In this document: piece after piece, positions 38,057 to 51,800 of the stretch
How positions within the stretch are numbered: position 1 is the stretch's first letter
Layout of the letters: each line of letters begins with the position of its first letter
IMG/VR virus record: IMGVR_UViG_3300031867_000022
Location: 36,633 to 100,632 of that record
Length of the DNA stretch: 64,000 nt
DNA from: a virus
Taxonomy: Duplodnaviria; Caudoviricetes
Direction: 5' to 3' (one strand)
The notes under the pieces: model-generated
Told to the model about the DNA's origin: nothing
Seen by the model: the letters and a program-made list of their open reading frames with translations, nothing else
Database searches by the model: none
Translations under genes and position numbers: made by a program

Positions 38057-38532
38057 GCAATTTAATGAAGCTAGCAATACCACTACTTCATCCAGATATT
38101 ACAAAAAAGGATATAGATGAATGTAGTGGTTTTGTAGAAGCTTATTTTGAAGATAAAAATAAACCATATCTCACAAATCATTTATTTTTAATGTATGATG
38201 TCGAAAGTAAACAACCGAATGTTGCAAATTGTTTTTATAAGTTGCAGCGTTTAAACAATCGATATGGTACACGTATAGTTAGTATTAAAGGAAAGCAATA
38301 TATAGTATATTACTTTACTATTGATAAAACTATACGAAATCTAAGGGACGGTAATATAATACTGTCTGTAGCTCAAAAGCAGCGAATCTTAGATTTTTGG
38401 GGGCATAGTGATGCGTGGGTAACAAACAACGTACTTCTTGGAACAATGTACGAACATCCTGAACCTTTGGTGCTTCCTGAAGAGGACTGGGCACCAGAGG
38501 AAGATGGATACGAAGAAGGGGAAGCATTCTAA
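38053..38532 (+). CDS. Hypothetical protein, last gene of replication module
   Basis: 159-aa ORF ending in the terminator hairpin. Confidence 0.8.
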   Translation: MSNLMKLAIPLLHPDITKKDIDECSGFVEAYFEDKNKPYLTNHLFLMYDVESKQPNVANCFYKLQRLNNRYGTRIVSIKGKQYIVYYFTIDKTIRNLRDGNIILSVAQKQRILDFWGHSDAWVTNNVLLGTMYEHPEPLVLPEEDWAPEEDGYEEGEAF

Positions 38533-38560
38533 ATGAATGCCTCCCCTTTATTCGTTTTAT
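38516..38560. terminator. Terminator at convergent junction
   Basis: AAGGGGAAGCATTC-TAAAT-GAATGCCTCCCCTT plus a T-rich tail. Confidence 0.75.
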
Positions 38561-38594
38561 TAGTTAAATACAACAATCTACAAGATAGCCAAAG

Positions 38595-41500
38595 TTAATA
38601 AGCAAATCCACTTGACTTCCTTTTCTTAGAAGATTTATTTTCTGACTTTTTTCCGCCATGTTTTCCTAATCCTTGTTCTTCGTTCCATTCTGATTGCGAA
38701 GGAACAATTGCGCTAGTTGGAGTAAGTTTTCTGTAATAATTGAATGTAGTTTTTATACCATCAGTATGCCACTGTCTTACTAAGTTGTCTACACCAAACG
38801 CAGAACCTAATTTTAGTACGTCACGAGTTCTTCGAGTCATGTGTTTATATCCGCCAGTCTTAATTTCATCATCCGCATGTTGACTGAACATGTCTAAACT
38901 AAGGTCCCAAATCGTACAGACGTCGTCCAAATAAGATTTTGCTGTTGATGGCGACGTGAACAACTCTAAAACAGTTGGCGGCCACCAAGAAGTAAGTCTT
39001 TCGGTAAATCCTCTTGTTGACAATAGCGCTAATTTCCACCTAAGAAAGTCGAAGAACTTCTTATCGGCATTATCAAAATCAAACGTAAGGAATTTTTCTT
39101 CTCTCCACGGCATAACACCAGCTATATTTAACAACCACACTGGGTCTTTGTCGTCATCATAATCGTTTGAACGAGCAAATGCTACACTCCACAACATAAG
39201 GAACATTAAGGCTGTTATAGTACCAAGCTCTGTAAGACATCTCTTGACTGCGTATGATTGAGATTCTGTTAAAGTATCCATAAGACCACTTCTAAATGCA
39301 GCTTTGTAGTTTGCAGCCATTTTATACATACCTCTACAGAAATCCTTAAATACAGCTCCTTCAAATTCACCTGTTTCTAAGTTTACAAGACCTAAATCAT
39401 CACGTTTATATTCAGAAGTCCATCCTATGTGATGATCTCCATCTTCAACAACATAGTCTCCGCCAGTTTTAAACTTATCCCAATATGTATTTACATAAAA
39501 GTTACGCATGAGAGTTACGAAAGAACCAAATATATTTTGTTGCATTTTAGCTTTTTCTGTCATAGGAACAACACCATTATACATAGCTGTTCTATCTCTA
39601 AGTCTACCAGCAATTTGATCTTCTAACTTCTTTGTAATTATATTCTCGTATTCTGCTTTCTTTACAAACAGCCCATCTTTTTCTTCATAAGCATCCCACA
39701 AAGTAGTTTTAGATGCTTTCCATTGCTTTATTGCTTCTTTTTCTGTATAACCAAGAGAAGTAAATGTGTTGATTGCGTCTGTTTTAGAGAAGAATTTATC
39801 TTTACCTGTTTTTGGATCTTTTATCAGTCTATAATGATTGTATGTTGCAGTAAGCATCATAGAGTTTATCATGTAATCCGCAAGAGTGTAACCTCCCATG
39901 AGAAGATGATCATGAACAAATCTATCGAGCTTGAACTTATCTGTTGAAGAGAATATCTCAGAATTACTTCTACTTAACTGATTGTACTACATCGCAGCAA
40001 CAAGCTTGTCATGTACTACAGGATTGCCTAAACCTTTTAACATCTTTCCTGTATGCGCAATACATTGAGCAAATGCTTTACGCATATCTTCGCCAGTAAG
40101 GTATTTTCCTCCTACTGCATCTGCCATCATTGAGCATAACGCATCAATATAACCTACTTCAATTGTTGTAAAGTTTACACCGAGCATAGCTACAGCAGCA
40201 AGATTTCTAATGGTTTTTGTAGCTTGAATGGTTCTCTATTTAGCTGGAGTTATCTTCTCTTCACTATTAAAACCAAAAGAAGTTTCTTTTCCGTAATAGC
40301 GTTGGTCAAGTATATTCTCAACTTTTGCATACTGGTCGTCCATTTTATTACCATTCTTAGCTTGCGCTGGATCTATTGCATACTTAATAAGTTCTAACGT
40401 AGGAAGATTCTTAGATTTGTTAGCGTAATTGCATGCCATATCATAGTACATAATAACAGAACCAAGCACGTCTGTAGATTGTACAGAAGAATCTGGCAAT
40501 TTTTCTACAAATCTAATAGGTATATTATTTACAACAGAACCGTCTGGACGTCTTGCCAAATCCATATTAGTAGTAACGTCCGTATCTGTTTCTGAGTACT
40601 TCACACCAAACTTTCTGAATGGATATTTTAAAGCAGTAGACCATTCTTTTGCCATCATAGTGTTTGCAATAACAGCCATAGTTCTACCACTAATCTGAGG
40701 CAATCTTCCATCTCTGTTGAGAGATTTGTTCGGTATTCTACTATTAGCTTCATCCATAGCCCCCAATAGAGCGTTTAAGAATGTCTTTTCATCATCAGTA
40801 AGATTTGCATAATTTTCATTCTTATACATATCTTTAACCTGCATAGATTTACCATTCTTCTTAAAGTTTTCGTTTACGAAAGGAGAAGATTCATCAAGTT
40901 CTGAGTATTCGCTACCAGGAAGAGATTGTATACAATCAATAGTTTCATCATTTACCGTAAGTGTGTATTTCAGAGGAGTGAGGTATTTAAATGCGTTTAG
41001 ATAACGCATCTTACCCTTCTCGTCTCTATACATAAACAGCTCATTGAATATATTGTGCAAGTTTGTATTAGAAACCGCAGCAGATCTCCACTATTCTATA
41101 AGAGTCGGTAAGAATGCAGATTGGTCAGTATCACTTACTGGTACATATAACATAGTAGCTACTTCAGAAAATCCCATAGATTCTATTTCGCCAGGCTGAC
41201 CTTTTATTCCAGCTGCTTTTAATCTACGTTTTTCATCAGCCATTTCCTGTTCGAGTCTATGTAACTCTTTCCAACCAGATAAATCTGTATTTAATCCAGA
41301 GCCAAGTTTAGAAAGATTGTGCGCAACAGCGCCTTGACGTTCTTTTAGAGCGTTTAGAATCTCTTTATGTCTATGTTTAAGCTATTCTAATTTAGGACTT
41401 GTTGCAGCCTTTCCTACTACTTTATGTAGTAAATCATAGAACTCAGGAGTTAAACGCATTACAGTATTATTTCGTTTAAACTAGTCTATTTCTTCTTGAG

Positions 41501-44500
41501 TAGCGCCTGCAGCTTGCATATCTGATATAGCTTTATTAAAAGCTGTCCAGTCTGGCTTATATTTTACCTTATCGGTAATATACCTATTCCATTCGCTAAT
41601 TTCATCAGCCATCTTTAGAGCGTCGCCTACTTTCTCTTCTACTCTAAGAATACCGTCACTGCCATATGTAAATATATAATGACTTCCGAGATCACGCTTC
41701 TCTCTTCTGTATTGTTCTAATTGATGACGTTCGTTTAACGTAAGTTTAGAAAGGTCTACAAGTCCAGATTCCATTCTACATTTATCAAGAATAAGGTCGA
41801 TCTGTCTTTGTATTCTATTCTGAGCTTGTATTGTTTTTGGAGAAAGATGTCTACGTCTAGCTTTATAGTATTCCAGTTTATATCGTCTGTTACAACGTTC
41901 ATCGAGCCATTCATCAAGCTTGTCATTGTACTTATTATATATACTATTATCTTTAGTAAATTCTTCCTCTGGGAATATAGTATGACCGTCTTCATCGGCA
42001 GTCAAATTAAACTCGCTTCTAAGTTTGGCTTCGTATTCATCCTTATCCTTAAAGAATTGCCCTTCATTAAGCTTTCGTATAAAATAACCAGTAGAAACAC
42101 CGTTTCTGTCAAGCTCCATAAACTTTTTCTGCCAGTTGTATGGACTTATCTGAGAACCGGTAGGTCTTATTTTATTGTAAAGTCGTACAAGTTCATTTCC
42201 CTTCTTTAAGACCTCTCTATTAGTCTCAAACTCAGCTTCAGATGCCATTTTCTCTACTATACGTACAATAGGGCTCTTAGATCTAGAAGCCATACCAATA
42301 AGAACTTCGCCTGCTGCAAGATCACCATATGTACTATCTTGTTCAAGCCAACGTTCCATATTATATATAAACGTTTTCTTATCTGTTATGGCATCTTGTT
42401 CGTTTACATAATCTGTAAGAACTTTTCTTACGTAAGGTTTTACTATGTCTTGGTTATAAACCTACTTTATAGAATTTATAGATTCGATAAGCTGAGACGC
42501 AACATTCTTTAAGTCTACTTTATTAGGATCTGTGTTTACTCTATGCTCGTTGTATTTGTTTATAGCAGATGATTTATCCGAGAATAGCTAATATATACTA
42601 TTAAGTAAGCTGCTATAGTGTCCTATAAGATCTTGCTGAATAAAATTTATCTCTTGCGGATCCCAAGTATTCATGTCGCCAGAAATAAGAAATTTGCTAT
42701 CTATCATATACAAAGTTTGTCCTATTTCTTTATTGGCGAACAATAAGAAATCCTCAATTATATTAAATGTATCTTCTATAGAATCCTAATTTTTGCCATC
42801 TATAATCTCAAGTCTACTCTTTAGGTCAGAAATAAGTTTTGGATCTTGCGCAGTTCTTGCTTGTTGAGAACGCAAACGAGTTTTTGTTCCGCTATATATA
42901 TCAGAAAGTATAGCTTTATCTCTATCGGAAAGTAAATCTGAAGTAGAGAAATCTCCATCTTCTCTATCGAGAATTTTTGAACCTTCTTGAGCAAGTTCCA
43001 TATCTTCAGCAACCATAAATGCCGCATCAACAGCTTTAAGAATATCTTCTTTCTACTGGTCTGTAAATACATGTGCTCCAAATACAGTATGTACAAGCTG
43101 ATTGAGTTGTTGCCATATGTTTCTAAACCAATCTATGATGGCATTGCTTCTTTCAGATACTGGATCTTTAGTCATATGCTCAACAAGATCGTCTTCTATC
43201 TGCTTTGCAGTCTTATTGTTTGTATTTAATACATCTAATGCAGACTGAATTAAAGGCGAAGTCCAGAACATTCTAACATAGTCTCTAGCAAGTTCTTTAT
43301 CGAGAGTAGTTAGATCACCGTTGTATATTGCGTTATAAAGCACATTTGCGACGCTTCCAGCGTTCTAAACAGCACCAACCTATTCATATTTACCTCTGTT
43401 GATATTTTCAAGGCTATAAGCCTTGAAAGTGGCTTCTTGAAGGCTATTTACAAAGTGTTCAAGCATTAACTTCTTCTGAGTTGTTTCTGAACTCTCAAAG
43501 AAGCCTTTTTGATTCATAGATAGACCAAATGATTGTGCAAGAATCTATTGTTTCTATTGCATTATCTGGTTTGATTTATCAGTATCAAAAGACTTTCTAG
43601 CATTGTTCATAACTCTAGATATACTAGCTTGATCTGCATTTGGATTAGACTGTTTATACTGATCTACTATATTTCTAATATACTACTAACGTTCTGTGTC
43701 TATATCAACACCTATATCGTACATTTGACGAGTTATTGATTGATTTGCGATACTATTGTTTCTTACACCTTGTATCGGAGAAGTGACGAATATCGTATCG
43801 TTTGTCAATAACATATCTGCAAGCATATCGAAATCAACAATGGGATTTATATTATCTGCAGTTATTTCAAACTTCTATAAATACTAATTAAATATAGGTA
43901 CAGATTTAAAAAGGTTAAATAGCCAATTCTTAAATTTGATTACCAAATCGCTTAGTGTATTTTTTGCAGAAGTTTCGTTCTATTCTTTAGAATTGACAGC
44001 GCTATCAAATTTATTGTTGAAATATCTAGCCAAAGTTTGAGTAACGAGCTCTTCGTCTCTATTTTGATTTTTCTTATAACCAAGTTTTATTTCGGCATAT
44101 AACTTTTTAAAATTATTCTTAGCATAAGACAATAAGTTGTTGAAAAGCTGCGGATTATCGTACTTTAGATTAAACACTAAAGTATGCAAAAATTCTTCTG
44201 CTGCTATTTCGCTAGTAACTTTAGAGATTCTAATGTATATTTTATTTCCTTTAATGAAGGAATTTGACTGTTGTGGTAAGTTGTTTGCGCGCCATTGATC
44301 TTCCGTAAATTCTTCGTACGTCAAACTGTTTGTAAATTTGCTTTGAAGAAATTCACAAATTTTTCTTATGCGTGCAATATCTATCTGATTGGTTTTTTCT
44401 ATATAATCTTTTAAACTTGGATCTACGTGTGCATCTATAGAAACAGCAAACGTGTCTGTATCGTCGTCATGGTACAAATGTAGCATTTGTCTTCCAAAAT

Positions 44501-45887
44501 CTTTATTTACTTCGTCAATCATACCTTTCACGTTATATTTTTCTGTAGGATGATTTAGTAATCGATTTAGATGATCTTTAATGCTAAAAATAGTAACATT
44601 TTGATACATGTCATTCGCATCAGAATAAGATCCATCGTTTGTAACGGCTTTTAGCTGATTCGGTTTAAATGATATGTATATATTAGACATATACACATTC
44701 TATCCAGTATAGCTATCTTCTCCTTCGTGGAAATATTCGTAAGCTATATCTCTGTCTGTGACAGGATAATCTGGACTGGTTACATGTTCGTTAGGCCCAT
44801 GGTCTACTATTTGTTCGAATATTACTCCGTCATATCCATTATCTTTCGCATATCTAGCAATGTCTCTCGTTTTCCATTGTTTACCTTGAAAGTAAATTTC
44901 ATTCCAGTTAAACGCACCTCCGTACTCTCCGCGCTGATTATCAAGTACCAATGGATTTTTTATATTTTCAAACAACCCATATACCTTAGTATCAAACATT
45001 ATAGAATCAATAAGATCGTTTACATCTCCTTCAAATACTATACTAGTATCGCGAAACCTTTCATTATCTCCTCGATCGTAATCGTGTATTCTTATCGAAT
45101 CGTATTCTGGTTTATTTCTCCATGTTATTTCCGGATGATGTTTTATTTTTGCATCATACGTATAGTATGGAGCATCTTCTATTTTAGAAAGCTGATCGTA
45201 GAGCGCATATACATCGTCCTATGTTAAATTTGACTAATTTAGTTGTTCATAAATCTACTAAACTTCATGCGACATCCACGATTCTTCGTCATAACGAATA
45301 CTATGATGCCTATTGATTGTGTTTTTTATAATATCTACAACTTTGTCAAACTATTTGTTTTTTATAAGTTCTATTGCGTTGTTGTCAATAAGACTCTATC
45401 TAAGAACTTTATTATTTAATTCTGTATGTTTTGTATAAGTACTAGCAATATATCTAGAACTGCTAGAGAACAAACTTATTTTGTCATCTGCTTTTAGTGG
45501 ATCAAATTCTCTGAACCCATAATTATCACTACCGTGATAAACCATCAACGGTTCGCCATTATAATCAACAACTTTTGATACTTCGTCTACACGTATACCG
45601 TTATCGTCATAAACAGAATTTGCTCCAACCCAATCGCCAAACCAATCCATGAAAGGTTTGCCAAACAAAGAAGCTTTTACTCTTATTGCTATTTTTCTAT
45701 CTCCTTTAAAATGCTTTAGAAGATCATTAAATAGCTTAGACTAGGCCCCGTTAGGGGCCTTATCTATAGCATATCCATTATTAAGCGACCATATAGCATA
45801 TGCCGCCTTCTCACTCGTTGCTTCTACTAGTTCATTAAAGTCCCTAGCAACATCGGGATTACTAAAATTTGGACATATTATACTCAT
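38595..45887 (-). CDS. Large virion ejection-type/polyvalent protein (~2430 aa, TAG-recoded) with ART-like domain
   Basis: Nine ORF fragments share one frame with ATG 45887 (MSIICPNFSNP...APNGA(TAG)SKLF). The eight internal fragments all end in TAG; TAA at 38595. Not every gap codon was checked. Confidence 0.85.
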
Positions 45888-45892
45888 ATCGC

Positions 45893-48800
45893 TTAACTTT
45901 TACAATGATTCATAGCATCGTCAGAGAACTAAGAATCGTCAAAATTATTATTTTGTTTGTTTTTTATATCCTGAATAGACACGCCAGTTCCTTGCTCTTG
46001 TTCTTTATTCCAAGCTCTATTGAGACCTTCTACAATAGAAGCATATATAGGTTCTGAACGTTTAACAAGATTAATATGACTTGCAATATCTGAAGCCTGG
46101 TATGTTTTGCTCAAAACTTCTTCATTTATAGTATACTCCGGAGTATTCATATTATCGCTTCTACCGTACTCTGTAATCATAAAGCCTCCAGATATCTGAT
46201 TTCCTCTAGGATTAACCTTTATGTACACAGGATACTTAACTCCATTATTACCTATTGCAATCTTATGCATCTTATATATAGTGTATCTACGCTGGCTATT
46301 TTCTGCATTTCTGTCTTGACGTCTAGGTATCTTAATATACAACGGAGCTGTTTCTGGATCAATATAAGGAACCCAATTGTTACCATCCTTCTTAAGGGCA
46401 GCAAGTATTGTTGGGAACCCGTAAGGTACTCCATTAACCTTTGTCTTATACTACATGAAGTTAGAAGTCTTGCTCTTCTTATCTATAAGATAATGAGTAG
46501 GAACAATCTCATTATCGTACCAGTTGTTCAATATTACATCAGACACATCTATATCTGTCTATGTACCAACTTGATACTGCAATAGTTTATTATAAATAAA
46601 CTGACCGTAGCCAGACTCTTCTCTCCAAGAAGTAGGAACATACTTGAACATCTTGGTAAAGCCGCCTCTGTCTCCAGAAGTAATAAACGCATATACAATG
46701 AGATCTCTAGCAAATTCTCTGATAGTTTTTTCTGCTTCTGGGTGAGCTGGATCTGTATAAGAAAGAAGTTCCTCCCATCCATCTATTATATAGTTTGCGG
46801 TATTACCACTATCTTCTACAAAATTAAACAACTTAATAAACTTGGACGTTTCATACGTATCTGGAGTTTCTCCAACAACGTATGCGGGTTTATATTCTGT
46901 AGTCGTACCTGGTACAATCATAGAAAGTAATCTATTGTTTACGTCTCCTGACTCAGATCTAAGTTGAGCATAATCAGGATTGTTTGCTATATCTGTCTGC
47001 AACTTCATAAACCTATCATATATAGTATTTCTACCATTCTTTAACAATATCTTACCAGATATCTTAGATATAGGCTTGTCGATAGTGATCGTCTTAGCAT
47101 TGTTATCTGCAGCCTTTATCTAAACAGGGTAAGGTTTACCTTGATAGAAGATATAAGATGTTCCTTGACAATACGATGTAAGATCGTGTACTATGTTTCC
47201 ATTGAGTTTTATAACATAGCCTTGTTGATCTACACTAAAGTCTAAGTATTCCTGACTTTCACTAACAAGATCGTGCATATAGTTAGGATTGGTTGTTATC
47301 TGAGGAACATATTCGTCTACAAAGAACTTAGATTTAATAGCAGCACTCAGCGCGTTACAAACCTTAGTCACAAGAGTAGTAGACAATGATTCTGTTCTAC
47401 CTATAGCTTCGAGTATTATGTCTATGCTACCTTGGAACGCAGGAGTGCTCTAAATGAACTGACTAGAAAGAATGTCTCTTACACTGCCTATAGCATTGCT
47501 TGTTTTAGTAGCAATATAAGAATCGTGTTGCATTGCATCAAGACCAACCGGCTCAAACAGGTTATCTTCTCGTCCTGTATCGAACGTTTTTGCATAACCT
47601 TTTTCGTAGATCATTTGTTCTACTATATTTTTACCATGCTTCTTAGTGTCAATTTTACTATACTTAACAAGGTTTGATAAAGCATTTGCGTATTTATCGA
47701 ACTGTAAGTAAGCCAAATATACTAAAAGCTGGTCTTGCATAGAATAATCGTTTGATTTAGCAGCCTTTTCTAGCCTACCACTTTCAAACAATTCACGAAT
47801 CTACTTATTTACGTCCTCTCTAACCTTAGCGTTCTTTACACCACCTTCTTTTACCGCTTTAATTTGATTCTAAGCGTCTTCTCCAAGGTCTTTGAACCAT
47901 TTATCAGCAGTCTCATCGATCGCCTCCTGTTGAAGCTTAAATTTGCCTTTATGAGGATCTGACATATACAATGACCCGGCTTTTATATAAGCATCTGCAA
48001 GAGCTCTCATTATAGGCTGACTTGTGAAGTAGAATGTCTTCTTTCCAAGACCCGTTCTAACAAGAAGGTTTACCAGATTGTAAGTAAACGGATTGACATT
48101 GAGTCTACTAATATAAGGATCTTTAGCAATATCCACGTGAGCGTTGATAAGAGCAGATATCCAAGACATTATAGATTCTCCATCTTTATCTTCTCTATTG
48201 TCGAGACTTTCAAGACCAAGCTCTGACATAATACTAGACTCTATATGCTTGAATCTAACATGATACATCATGGTTAAGATGTGGTTGTTATTGTTCAATG
48301 CAAACGGACCAATACCAATCTTACCGGTAATATAATCGTTCTTAGATTCTGTTTGCGCACTTAAAGAATAGAAAGCATAAGGCTCTTCTACATTTGCAGG
48401 TTTTCCTCTTTCTATATCCTTTATGATATCCTTAAGAAGCTTCGTATCATTATCGATAGATCTGTGTAGAATATTAGTAGTTCTAGGTTTCTTCTCATCT
48501 ATAGACTTCCAGTCTAATAGAAGTGCTAAATAGTCTTTAATAAGCTTGTTCTGATAATAAGCAGAAGTAGATTCGCTAAATGCATCAGATACGGTTTGAT
48601 GGAACTTACCATCTTCGCCTTCTTCTCTACTAACTTTGTATTGTATAGAAGACAAGAACAGTTTATCAATATCGAAGTCAGAACCAGTAATCTTGGTAAA
48701 CTCTGCCGGAAGTATAACAGTATCGTTTACTACAGGAAGTATATCTACGCATCGCAAAGCGTGTATAGAAGACTCTGCCTGAGTAGGAATACGATAACCG

Positions 48801-51800
48801 ATTATATTTGCGGTAGCGTTTGGACCAATTATACCTCTATTCATCAACCAGTTTCTAGTTTCGTCAAACGACATTTCTCTGGTTCTTATCTTTCTCTTAT
48901 ATACAGGTTTTCCGTCCTTATCTACTACAGGATTGCCGTCCTTATCTTTCTTCTATTTGTATACGATCTTACCATTCTCATCGAGCTTAACTTTTCCATT
49001 CTTGTCTGTTTCTGGAATAAGATCCCATATAAGATTTCTATTCTTATCTCTAATAGGAACTACTGGAAGCTCTCCTTTAAACATTTTCTTAAAGAAGTCA
49101 AGACTGAGCACACAGTCCATAGATCCCTCCTCGTTGATCATTTGGAGACGATTACCTCCGTTTATCCACTGTGGAAGATCTGTATCGCCTTGTATAGAAG
49201 TCTTACTATACATAGTAGATCCTTCCATAGCCCATACAGATCTCTGAATAAATGCAGCACCTGGAGTTTCTATGTCAACAACTTTCTTGTTTATAGAAGA
49301 TACAAGTACGCTCTCCATCCAAGTAGAGTTAGATATTGCATTAAGAGGCAATCTTAAATGTTTAGAAGTTGTACCATCGTTGTTCTTCTATTCTACTATC
49401 TCAAGAGCATCTATGACGTTTCTGTCAGGATCCTTGGTTTGCATCATGTTTCTAACTTCTTTTGCAAACTTAACTTCATCAAGAATCTTATATCTAGAAT
49501 CGTCTGGAACTATATTTCCATCCTTATCTACAACATTTCCTTTTGAATCAGTCTTAAAGAATCTGGTGACAATATTATGATAACCTCTATCAGATAGTGT
49601 GTTGATAGCGTTCATAATGTCGTTTCTCAACTCGCTACCTTTCATAGTAGAACCGTCTTGCATTACATAATCACGCCCATCAAATAAACATGACATTACA
49701 ACCTTTGTCATCTGAGTACCCATACTCATCATAGATTCTTCTTTAGGATCAGTATTAAGCTGTTTCCTAAGATATAGGAATTTTTGTTCATATGTATTAA
49801 ACTCAAACGATTCGTCAAACGATGGTTTCGTAGAATATTCTTCTTGGTTTTGTGCATAAGTATTCCACTCAATGGGTTTAGATCCCTGGCTACCTACTTT
49901 TACAGCAGAATTAACCATCAGCATGTCTATGCCTTGCGACTTCATCTTATTGAATACATTTTGCATTTTACCAGTAGCGATACATTTGAACAATGGGAAC
50001 AACGCCATCTTATTATAATAAGTAACTTGTACGCCCGTACCTTTATGCAATCTTCTACCAAACGCGGTATATTTTTGAGAACCTATTACGCTAGTGACAA
50101 CTTGTTGATATGCCTAATGTTTCTACATCAGATTAGAAGTAACTTCTTCTCTAAGTATCTTAAACGCATTCTGTATTTCAGTACTATAATTACCATTCAT
50201 ACGCAAAAGCATTTCTGCCATTGTATCTGTAATATAAGCACCACCATCAGCAACATCAATACCGTCGTCAATCTTACCGTTCTTATATTTAAGACGATAG
50301 CTATCAGTTGCCTCTTTAGCTTTACGTTCAGCAATTTGAAGAGCTTTAGGACTGAGTATCTGTTTCATTTCGTCAACAGACATCGCGTCTATTTTAGAAG
50401 AAACTTCTTCCCTTATTTCCTATTCGTCTATCTTCGGATTAGAGTTCTCCAAGAATTCTCTATCCTCTTCATCAAGCTCAGAACCTTTATTATACTCCTA
50501 CAGCAAAGCGGTTCTTCTATCTCTATATTCTTTTATAGCTTTCTCTTCTTCTTGCAGATAAGTAGCAACAGATATCTCGCCATAAGTCATCTGTTCCTCT
50601 ATATCCTCAATCTAAGGAGATTCTATAAGTTCGTTATCAACTTCAGCTGCAACATATGTTCCTTTAAAGTTACCGTTTTCGTCAAGATATTTCGAAGGAA
50701 TGTCTTTAAGCTCTGTAAAGTTATTATTACCAGTAGAAACAAGACCACCTAAACGTTTAAGTTCATCTACAGTACGATCTACAAGGTTGCCATCGCTGTC
50801 ATATTTCCATTTATAGAACGCAGGATTTCCAGAGAATACTCTTTCTACTTCTTGTCCAGACATAATAGACTTGTTTGATATATCATTCAGGTATATCATT
50901 ACAGCAAGAGACTTATATCTTTGAGTAGCGATACCGTCTTTTGGTTGTCCATTCTTAAGAACAATAGATTTGTAGATTATATCAATCGCTTGGTTATTAA
51001 GACCTACGTTTTCGTAGTCTCCAAAAACACTGTTTGAGTTTTCTACGCGTTTTATCAAGCCGAGTTTTTCACACGTATCTATTTCCTTTAGGAGTCTCTT
51101 GTGTAGAAGTCTAGATATCAATGCTCTCTAAATATCACGAGGTTGTTTGAAGAAGTAATCCTCTGCATCTTTAATATTATCCTTTCTTGTCCTACCGTTT
51201 TTCTTATTATTAAACGATATAAACTTCTCGCCAGATACAATAGGTTGGCCATTAGCATCGTTCTTATACGTAGGAACCCATACTCCAAGTAGAGAACTGA
51301 ACATTGCACCCTGCTCCTTATTGTAGTAGTTAGCAACTTCTTCGCCTTTTATCCCGTTGGCTTCCATCTTATCGAGATCTCTATCTGCCTTTTTGACAGA
51401 TTGATATTCAGACATCGCATAAGAAATAAATCTATCTACAACATCTTCTTTCTGAGACAGCACTTCGTCAAGCTGAGACATTGGATCTGCACTAATTACA
51501 AACTAGTCTCCGAGTGTCTCTGCAGCCATCGCTACCGTGTTACCAGCATCGTCTACCGTACCAGAATAATCGAGTCCAGGAAGCTTTATTCCGTCTACAT
51601 ATACCCAAGTCTTTTTATCAGAAAGAGTAGGCATTATAATACCTCCTTGTTCAAGAATCGTAGCTTTAGATACGTAATCTTCTTGTTTACTTATCTCGAA
51701 ATAGTCAGAGCCGTAATCACCACGTTTATCTGTCTTAAAACCAACAAAGTTTCTAAGAGTTATAAAAGCATCCGGATTCTCAGTAATCTCTTTCAGTATT

